A stretch of 64,000 nucleotides of DNA from Eledone cirrhosa (taxonomy: Eukaryota), in assembly GCA_964016885.1 (NCBI GenBank), contig CAXHJY010001257.1, positions 1 through 64,000 of the forward strand, read 5' to 3'. Position numbers and translations under genes: made by a program. The notes beneath the pieces were generated by a model. That model searched no databases and was not told the DNA's origin. It saw only the letters and a program-made list of their open reading frames with translations. Each line of letters begins with the position of its first letter. The stretch's first letter is position 1. Positions 54,405 to 64,000 of the stretch are shown one piece after another.

Positions 54405-54615
54405 TAACGGAGGAAATGTGGTAAGGAACCAGGTGGACCATAACGCACCAAAGTACTCAATACTTAGGGTAGTAGAGTGGGTAATAGGAACGAGTTGGAC
54501 CCCGACGGCTGAGCTCAAGCCGTTTCGACGGCTAATTCTGGACTAAAAAGATTTTAGTCCAGAATTAGCCGTCGAAACGGCTTGAGCTCAGCCGTCGGGG
54601 TCCTACTCGTTCCTA
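54405..54615 (-). mobile_element. Fold-back element, same family as 18343-18536
   Basis: Near-perfect palindrome 54484-54615 centred near 54550, with a tail at 54405-54483. Confidence 0.7.
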
Positions 54616-54685
54616 TATATATATATATTTATGTATTTATGTATACATATATATCTACACGCACCTGCATATATATAACTTATAC

Positions 54686-54725
<40 letters not shown>

Positions 54726-55093
54726 CAGTATCGGTAGAGGGCCGGACGCCATGCTTTCCAGCATAGTTACGGCCCTTTACGATCTGAGTTCAAATCCCGC
54801 CGAGGTTAACTTTGCCTTTCATCCTTACGGGGTCGATAAATAAAGTACCAGTAATGCACTGGGATAATTGCTGGCCTTGTGCCTAAAGTAGAAACGATAT
54901 ATATATATATATATATATATATAAACACACAATATATGAGTCCAGAGTTCAATCAGGAGTTACCACAGTTTGTAAGGTACTCAATACGTTAGTAGAGTGT
55001 AAACATCATATTTAACAGGATTAGAACTATTTCGTTCAAAAGAAATCTATATATATATGCACACACACATACATACATACATACATACATACA

Positions 55094-55127
<34 letters not shown>

Positions 55128-55143
55128 CATATACATACATATA

Positions 55144-55197
<54 letters not shown>

Positions 55198-55764
55198 CAT
55201 ACATACATACATATATACATACATATATATACATATATACATATACATACATATATACATATATATATACATACACATACATACATATACATACATATAC
55301 ATACACATATACATATATATGCAATGAAGCTAACGGGATATTTTCATATTCAAACGAGGTCTAATGCCAATACTTGGGTGTGTATATATATATATATGTG
55401 TGTATATATATACACACATTTGTGTGTCTATATGTATGTATGTGTGTGTGTGTGTGTGTATATAGATATGTGTGTATATATACAGTTGAAGAAATGACAA
55501 CACAAATGGAATGTGTGCACACACACACACACCTACACACACCTACACACACACACACACACAGATATATCTCCCAATGTACCGTATAGTCTTGATGGAG
55601 GTTTTATAAGTCTACTAGATAAGTCGCATTCTGGCATTTTTCACATCACAATTGCATGCGGAAGAGGTGCGAATTGTACTGTATGTTTTCCTGTTTGTAT
55701 ATATGTGTGTACATGCATGTCTCTATGCATGTATGTGTGGTGTGTTTATGTATATATATATATG

Positions 55765-56073
55765 AAGGCACATGGCTTAGTGGTTAGAGCATTGGCCTAG
55801 CAATCAAAAGGTTGTGAGTTCAATTCTCAGACCGGGTGATGTGTTGTTTCCTTGAGCAAGACACTTTATTTCACATTGCTCCAGTTTACTCAGCTGTAGA
55901 AATGAGATGATAGGGACTGGGATCCCTATCATTCCACTGCAAAGTGGTCGTGGAGGGGCCACGGCAAAAAAGCACCCAGCACTCACTGTAAATGAGGTTG
56001 GTGTTAGGAAGGGCATCCAGCTGTAGAAATCAAGCCAAAATCAGTTCCCGTCCCACCCTTGCAAGCAGGGAAA
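55765..56073 (+). mobile_element. SINE family A
   Basis: Nearly full-length copy. Confidence 0.87.
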
Positions 56074-56282
56074 GTAGGTGGGTGTGTGCCTTTTTTTGTT
56101 TAGCCCTAGGTCGGTCCTGATCTAATAAATCTCTAATGAAAGATGTTGCACCTGTGACCATCCTGTCTGACAGTCTGACAGTCTATCTAGGTCTGTTATT
56201 ACTGTACTGAGCGGTGGATTGGCAGTATCGGTAGAGGGTCGGACGCCATGCTTTGACGCATAGAGTTACGGTCCTTGCCATT

Positions 56283-57262
56283 TAATTCTATCAAGTCCAA
56301 ACTTCCTACAATAACTTCTAGTTGTTATGTGGTATTGACAACATCCATATAATTTGTATTTCAATATCTATTTCCTCAAGATATCCTCTAAATATTCGTA
56401 CCATCAAGCCCCAAACTCTAGATGTTGTCTGTTTTTGACAACATTCATATAACATGTGATTCAATGTCACCCCAAGACACCCCCACTCTCAGTTTTAATT
56501 CTATCAAGTCCAAACTTCCTACAACAACCTCTAGTTATTATGTGGGATTGACAATCATCATCATCAACGTTTAACGTCCATGTTCCACGCTTGCATGGGT
56601 TTGGACGGGGGTTTTCCCACTTGAGGCAAGAGTGGTTGTCTTGCTTGCATAGGACTGTCTGGCGGGTTTTCTACAGCTGGATGCCCTTCCTAACACCAAC
56701 CACATTTGCAGTGTGGGGCTGGGAGGTTTTTACCGTGTTGCCTACACGGCCACATTACAGCGTGCACTGTGTGTTTTTTTTTTGTCGTGAGACCTACACG
56801 ACCTCATTTGTTTCGGCCACATCCATATAATTTGTAATTTGAGGCCTATTTCCTCACAATATCCTCTAAAGTTTTCTACCAACAAGCCCCAAACTCTAGA
56901 TGTTGTCTGTTATTAACAACATTCATGTAATTTGTATTTCAATATCTATTTCCTCAAGATTTCCTCTAAATATTTCTACCAACAAGCCCCAAACTCTAGC
57001 TGTTGTCTGTTTTTGACAACATTCAAGTATTTTTTGATTCAATGTCACCCGAAGACACCCCCACTCTCAGTTTTAATTCTACCAAGTCCAAACTTCCTAC
57101 AACAACCTCTAGTTGTTATGTGGTATTGACAACGTCCATACAATTTGTAATTTGAGGCCTATTTCCTCACAATATCCTCTAAAGTTTTCTACCATCAAGT
57201 CCCAAACTCTAGCTGTTGTGTGCTATTGACAACATCACGTTATCTGTGATTCAATATTTATT
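56283..57262. repeat. Diverged tandem satellite interrupted by a family C element
   Basis: Recurring 'ccaaactctagatgttgtctg..ttgacaacat' and 'ccaaacttcctacaa..cctctagttgttatg' subunits. Confidence 0.75.
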
Positions 57263-57879
57263 TAGTCAACACCCACCTTCTCCCAATTAAGTTTTAGTGG
57301 TGTTAACCCCAAGGTTTCTATGACAACTGGAATCATCATGTGGCATAGAGTTACATCTCTTTATGTTCTGAGTTCAAATCCCGCCGAGGTTTACTTTGCC
57401 TTTCTTCCTTACGGGGGTCGATAAAATAAAGTACCAGTAATACACTGGGGAGGTCGATTTAATCAAATTTCCCCACCCCCCAAATTGCTGGCCTTGTTCC
57501 TATAACAGAAAGCATTATTATTATTATTATTATTAGAAGGGCGGTGGATTGGCAGTATCGGTGGAGGGTCGGACGCCATGCTTTCCAGCATAGTTACGTC
57601 CCTTTACGATCTGAGTTCAAATCCCGCCGAGGTTGACTTTGCCTTTCATCCTTACGGGGTCGATAAAATAAAGTACCAGTAATACACTGGGTATTTGCTG
57701 GCCTTGTGCCTAAAGTAGAAACAATTATTACGGGGTCGATAAAATAAAGTACCAGTAATACACTGGGGTAATTGCTGGCCTTGTGCCTAAAGTAGAAACA
57801 GTTATTACTGTACTGAGCGTTTGTTGGCAACGAAAGGACGACTGTAGGATACCTGTGTACAAAGTGTGATGTTTCATTG

Positions 57880-59515
57880 TAGTGAAACATGAGCAGTGAC
57901 CACAGAGGTCATGCAGAGACTGGAGAGAAATGAAGCAACCGTGCTTCATTGGATGTGCAATGTAGGTGTGAGAGAAAGACGGAGCCTGGACGGGACGAGC
58001 TGAGGCAGAAACTGGGTTTAAGAGGAATCTGAAGTGGTGTGCATGTGGTTTTTTGTGGTCTTCCTCTCCTGCGTCTTCCTTCCACTGGGATTTCTTGGCG
58101 CTTCTTCACCCAGCCGTCATCATCTATGCACATCACATGTCCATACCATCTCAGTCTTCTCTCCCCCACACTACATTCTATCCCTCTCAGACACAGTTTC
58201 TCTCTCAACACATCCATGCTGGGTCGTTCACGTACATTGACATTGCACATCCAATGGAGCATGCTTGCTTCATTTCTCTCCAGCCGTCGCATATCCTCTG
58301 CAGTTGCTGCCCATGTCTTACTACCATGCAGCATCGTGCATCTCACACAGGCATCATATAACCGGCTTTTCGTTTGTCGGGAGAAACCCTTCTTTGTCAA
58401 CAGAGGAAGCAGCTCCCTAAACTTCTTCCAACTCATCCTTATTCTAGATACTATGGCTTCTGAGCACCCCCCCCCCCCCATGCTAATCTGATCACCTAGG
58501 TACCGGAAGCTATCAACCACTTCTATAAAACCTACCTGCATTTGAAAAATGTGTCTATCAATGCGACTTCTACTGTCAAATTTCCCTGTACATCTACTGC
58601 ATACATAGCTTTCCCTACCTGTTAGATGTTAGATTGCCTGCTACCCCACTACATCTCTTGTGTACCCAAGATCTGCATTGTATACATTCTATAGAATTCA
58701 TGCCAACTCCTTTTCTGCATATCGAACATGGCCATTTCCCCGACGGAATCAGTTTTGTCACCTTTTCGACTTTTGTCTTAGCTAGGTTCACTCTCAGTCC
58801 TCTTGCTTCCAACTGCTGTTTCCATAGCCAGAATTTATTCTCTAGCTCCTCTACTGATTCTGCTATAAGAACCAGATCTGCAGCATAGAGAAGTTCCCAT
58901 GGGCAGCCAGTCTTAAACTCCTCTGTTTTAGCTTGGAGGACTATAATGAAGAAGAGCGGGCTGAAGACCGAACCCTGATGTACTCCTACATGTATCTGGA
59001 ATTCCTCACTAAACTCCATTCCTACCCTCACTTTACTGACAGCACCCCTGTACATAGCTTGCACTGTTCTCACAAGCCATTCCTCAACACCTAGTTTCCT
59101 TAGGGACCACCAGATGATGTGTGCAACCAGTTTACTTCCTACGTCCCCTGATGCCTTCAGCATCTCAGCAAATATCCACAATGGTTCAGTGGCCTAAACA
59201 TTTTTCATTTCCTTAATCGCCTCTTCGACCCTATATTCGTCAATCTCAATAGCTGGTCCCTCTGTCGGGTCTACTGAGGGTAATTTCTCTCTCTCCCATT
59301 CGTTCTCCACATTCATCAGTCTCTCATAATGACATTTCCAGGCCTCCTTTTTCTGATCATTCGTGACACTAAGTACACCGGCATCATCCCGGACACATTT
59401 ATCTCCAACAACATCCTGATTTACACTGACACACTGCCTTGCAATGTGGAACACCGCACGCCTCTGATCTTCCCGTCGCAGAACATTGGCAAACCTTCTA
59501 CTCTCAGCTTCATCA
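57880..59515 (-). mobile_element. Internally deleted copy of the same RTE family, with a short plus-strand RTE piece at about 57890-58035
   Basis: ORFs 59194-59547, 58615-59181 and 57909-58541 closely match the 19-22 kb element. Confidence 0.88.
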
Positions 59516-59665
59516 TAATTTAGTATCCTTTTTTTCCGTGCTAGCATGGGTCATACATACAACTGATTTATCATCATTGTTTAATGTCCATCTTCCACGC
59601 TAGCATGGGTTAGACGGCTTTGTCCCATACATATATATATACATACAAATATATATACATACATG

Positions 59666-59705
<40 letters not shown>

Positions 59706-59758
59706 AATATATAAACACACATTCATATATGCATGCAAATAAATATATATCGATACAT

Positions 59759-59822
<64 letters not shown>

Positions 59823-59885
59823 TACATACATATATATTTACATACATATATATATATTTTAATATATATATATATATATATATAC

Positions 59886-59935
<50 letters not shown>

Positions 59936-60187
59936 CATGTTAAGTACAGCTGTATGAAAGCATCATCACCACCACCACCACCATGGCAGCTGTATGATGG
60001 GTGTGGTGGTGGTGGTGGTGGTAGTAGTAATGGGGGGTGAAAGCAATGGCGTGATGTCATTAATAGGATGATGTGAGGTAGTGGGTGGGTGTGGCCACAA
60101 AGTTTTGGAGGGAGCGGGGTGGGGGAGTAGAGGCAGAAATGATGTGTTGATGGCAAATCTACTGTTTTTATCTCAGCTCCCACCCTG

Positions 60188-60232
<45 letters not shown>

Positions 60233-60238
<6 letters not shown>

Positions 60239-60630
60239 TACTTGGGGAGGGTCATATTTGTGTAATATTGCCAGAATTAATAACAGAACACACTTACTGT
60301 TTGGTTGGTTTTCGCTTCTCGCTGTCTTTTATATCTGCGATCTAACTTACTCGGTCCTCAATGTTGCCATTGACTGACCGACGGTCAAAAATAATACCGA
60401 TACAATATAGACACAAACACATATATATAGTTTATCATAAATCTTTCATTGCACATCTGCAAGATTACCGATATAAAAGACAGCGAGAAGCGAAAACCAA
60501 CCAAACAGTGAGTGTGTTCTGTTGTTAATTCTGGCAATATTACACAAATATGACCCTCCCCAAGTATAACTATATTTGTTTCGACACACGATTTCATATA
60601 AAAAACCTCGCAAAACTAATTCATCGCCGC
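60233..60630. mobile_element. Fold-back element in (TA)n without a clear ribozyme core
   Basis: Inverted arms of about 100 bp (60233-60333 and 60472-60574) plus a unique tail. Confidence 0.55.
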
Positions 60631-60649
60631 TATATATATATATATATAT

Positions 60650-61188
60650 AACCTTGGTCTTCCTCTTCTAGTGTGTCCATGTAGGGGCTCCCAAAGGAGC
60701 ACTGAGTGCAATGTCAACTCTGGATGTCGGTGAGCATGTCCAGCTAACCTCAGTCTCTTCTGTGTTACTCTTGAGCTGACTTTTGGGAGGCTCCCATACA
60801 AGTTTTTCATCCTCAGTGTATACTGATTAATGTTCAGAGCCATCCTCAGCATTCTCGTGTAGCACCCATCCACCATCTGAGTGAGTTTCTTGGTCAGTGT
60901 CCAAGTCTCAGACCCGTACAGCAGCACAGACTCCACTACAGCCATGAAGAGGCGGATTTTCAGGTCTCTACGAAGGTCCGACTTCCACACCGATCTCAAG
61001 CTGTGGCACGCCGCCCAGGCCTTGCTCTTCCTCTCAACCACATCATCTTCCGTATTCCCAATCTTTGCTCCCAAATACAGGACAGACACTGGTCTGTTGG
61101 AGACGCAGGACATGGCAGCGATAATGAGGGACAGAGACCGCTGGAGAGAACTCGTCCATGGATCTTGGGAATTTTACCCGCCTTAGAT

Positions 61189-61190
<2 letters not shown>
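60650..61190. mobile_element. RTE-like LINE fragment with a 5' inversion (same family as 17305-17950)
   Basis: 60650-61083 is on the minus strand (YLGAKI...GRPRL) and 61084-61190 is the 3' end on the plus strand. Confidence 0.8.
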
Positions 61191-61244
<54 letters not shown>

Positions 61245-61675
61245 GTATTTCCGTAGGAAAGGTAAAGGAAAAGAGTGCTCTGTCTTCAAGAAACCATTGG
61301 TAAATGAAATAATTATCTTATGTTGTTTATTACATAAATATATATATATAAATATATACAATAGAAACTTGTGTGTGGTTGATGGTATATTTAATCGATT
61401 CCCACGTGCTATTGAGATGCTGGGTAAATATTCTATGGCTGTTGACCGCGAATAGATGGCTGTTGTTTATTTATCTACTATTTCTTCATAGATACCTTTT
61501 AATTTTATAGCCTGGTTTAATTGATTTTTTGTGTGGTTAATTATGCTAATTGGGAGAGGAAATGGTGTATATATATTATCAAATGATTCTATGGACATAC
61601 TTTATAGTATCATCATCATCATCATACGTCCGCTTTTCCCTGCTTGCAAGGGTGGGACTATACGGCGGGACTATA

Positions 61676-61729
<54 letters not shown>

Positions 61730-61754
61730 GAAACTATATTTATAAAACCATAAT

Positions 61755-61820
61755 TATTTTATTATATATATTTCAAAGGCAACCAAGGCAAATTGTGGTG
61801 TGCTTTCATCAGATAAAATA
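61755..61820 (-). ncRNA. Type I hammerhead ribozyme
   Basis: UAUUUUAU-CUGAUGA-[AAGCACACCA...UGGUUGCCUUU]-GAA-AUAUAUAU-A-AUAAAAUA. Confidence 0.75.
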
Positions 61821-61978
61821 CAGATTTGTTTTATAAATATAGTTTCCATTTATTAATATATTGAATATTTACTCCACTAAATTGTTGAGTGCTTTATATA
61901 TATATATCATCATCATCATCGTTATATATAAATACACAATATATTAATAAATGGAGACTATATTTATAAAACCATATT

Positions 61979-62039
61979 TATTCTATTATATATATTTCAA
62001 GGGTACCAAAACTTTGGTACGCTCTCATCAGATAAAATA
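61979..62039 (-). ncRNA. Type I hammerhead ribozyme
   Basis: UAUUUUAU-CUGAUGA-[GAGcGUACCAAA...UUUGGUACcCUU]-GAA-AUAUAUAU-A-AUAGAAUA. Confidence 0.8.
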
Positions 62040-62207
62040 CAAAGTTTGTTTTATAAATATTGACATATCCAGGAATGAGACCTTAACGGTTCAAGTTTCA
62101 CCTGGATATTAATATCATTGATTTATACACCAGAAAACTTGTTGAGTGCTTCGAATCAGTTATAAATACATTTGCTGAATTACCAACATATTAAATATCT
62201 CTTTGCT

Positions 62208-62241
<34 letters not shown>

Positions 62242-62474
62242 AAAAACATGAGAAGAAAGAAGAATACTGCATGGTTGCATATGGGTTACATATGATAATA
62301 ATAGTCCTTCGTCAGTGATTTGCCAACCATCATTGATATTTCATTGCATTAAAAATTATTAATTATTTTATTACGAAGTAACTTAACATATGGTACGTAT
62401 ATAAAATTATGGTGGAAGATTTTGATTTAAATTGTAAACCTTTAAAATGGGTGATTTTATTTAATAGAATCAGG

Positions 62475-62785
62475 GCTTTCTTCTACCAGGAGTTGTGACT
62501 AACAGATGTTATCAGTAATGGAAAGACCAATAGAAACATTGTTTCCTTGGTCTGATCTGATGATCAGCGCCTTTCTTCTGCCAGTTGTGACTGACAGATA
62601 GTATCAGTAATAGAAAGGCCAATGGAAACATTGTTTCCTTGGTCTGATCTGGTGATCAGCTCCTTTCTTGTACCAGGAGTTGTGACTGACAGATAGTATC
62701 AGTAATGGAAAGGCCAATGGAGACATTGTTTCCTTGGTCTGATCTGATGATCAGCTCCTTTCTTCTGTCAGTTGTGACTGGCAGA
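62475..62785. repeat. Tandem repeat of about 93 bp (3+ copies)
   Basis: gttgtgactgacagatagtatcagtaatggaaaggccaatggaaacattgtttccttggtctgatctgatgatcagc. Confidence 0.85.
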
Positions 62786-63030
62786 GCATTAGACTGCAGA
62801 ATACATGCTAAAATTGTAAAGTTTGTATGTATATAATCATCACCATCACCATCATCATTTAACGTCTATTTATCCTTGCATTGGTTATGTGGGTTGTCGG
62901 GTTATGAGGCAATTTGTGCCAGGTCACCATGTCTTGCTCATAGAGGCATGTCTGTTGGCTTGGTTTCTATGGATGGATGCTCTTTCTAATGTATGTATGT
63001 ATGAAAATATATGCACATGTGTGTGTGTGT

Positions 63031-63681
63031 ATCATCATCATCATTTTACGTCCGCTTTTCCCTGCTTGCAAGGGTGGGATGGGAACTGATTCTGGCTTGA
63101 TTTTTACAGCTGGATGCCCTTCCTAACACCAACCTCATTTACAGTGAGTGCTGGGTGCTTTTTTGCTGTGGCACCTCCACGACTACTTTACAGTGTGGAT
63201 TGGGTGCTTTTTTGCCGTGGCACCTCCACGACTACTTTACAGTGTGGATTGGGTGCTTTTTTGCCGTGGCACATCCACGACTACTTTACTGTGTGGATTG
63301 GGTGCTTTTTTGCCGTGGCATATCCACGACCACTTTACAGTGTGGACTGGGTGCTTTTTTGCTGTGGCACCTCACCCCAACCACTTCAGTGTGGACTGGG
63401 TGCTTTTTTGCTGTGGCACCTCCACGACCATTTCACAGTGTGGACTGGGTGCTTTTTTGCTGTGGCACCTCACCCCAACCACTTTAGTGTGGACTGGGTG
63501 CTTTTTTGTTGTGGCACCTCCACGACCACCTCACAGTGTGGACTGGGTGCTTTTTTGCTGTGGCACCTCTCCATGACCACATTACAGTGGAATGATAGGG
63601 ACCCCAGTCCTACCATCTCATTTCTACAGCTGAGTAAACTGGAGCAATGTGAAATAAAGTGTCTTGCTCAAGGAAACAACA

Positions 63682-63685
<4 letters not shown>
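63031..63685 (-). mobile_element. SINE family A with an internal unit of about 50 bp expanded about 9 times
   Basis: SINE tail and body flank tandem 'tgggtgcttttttgc..tggcacctcc..acagtg' units at 63140-63590. Confidence 0.85.
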
Positions 63686-63729
<44 letters not shown>

Positions 63730-64000
63730 TGCTATTTTAAATAAACATGTTTTAATGGTCTGTTCTCCTATATTTTACTTTTCCACATGCTTAAGCTCTG
63801 CTAACTCTCTCGCCCACTACATATTAACACCTCTAATAATTAACACTGCAGGCACAAGTATTGAGCACCCTTTGCATTTACTATTGGCAAATAACTACAT
63901 GTATCACCTATCCCTCCTGTTCTCTCTCGATATGTAAATATTCTATTATCTGATATTTTGTAACTAACCGTACATAGATCAATAACGGAGTATAGCTACA

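Larger units (their letters stand above)
61725..62210 (+). mobile_element. Two adjacent fold-back hammerhead elements (61725-61897 and 61940-62210), related to 31643-32085
   Basis: Shared arm sequence 'aactatatttataaaaccata', hammerheads, and tail motifs at 61871-61890 and 62127-62147. Confidence 0.68.

Noticed and set aside
57-60255. Many long ORFs rich in Y/I/V/C/M/H/T or V/W/G/P
   Set aside because: They are translations of (TA)n, (CA)n, (TATG)n and (CCA)n microsatellites, with no domain content or splice support.
62555-62640. CUGAUGA...GAAAC across the 93-bp tandem repeat as a hammerhead or retrozyme
   Set aside because: No stem I complementarity and stem II does not close at the core.

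Overview
Very repeat-rich animal genomic DNA. The SINE families, RTE LINEs and dense (TA)n/(CA)n/(CCA)n tracts suggest a coleoid cephalopod (octopus-like), which is an inference. Two host genes point away from each other. On the minus strand are four phase-compatible coding exons (16996 to 4004, continuing off the left edge) of a YJR142W/NUDT20-like Nudix hydrolase. On the plus strand is the first coding exon of PEDS1/TMEM189 (49378-49528). Nearly all other long ORFs are microsatellite or minisatellite artefacts or decayed RTE retrotransposons. The main hidden signal is an RNA-level system. About 17 type-I hammerhead ribozyme cores at about 14 loci, plus several half-ribozymes, lie in short, mostly fold-back, non-coding elements inserted in (TA)n tracts, and a decayed Penelope-like GIY-YIG endonuclease ORF is also present. 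Otherwise dissimilar families of these elements share a covarying bulged stem-loop (RCUC-stem-loop-stem-UY/UA bulge-GAGY) in their unpaired 3' tail, seen about 18 times. I do not recognise it as a described motif. All structures were read by eye and none were computed.
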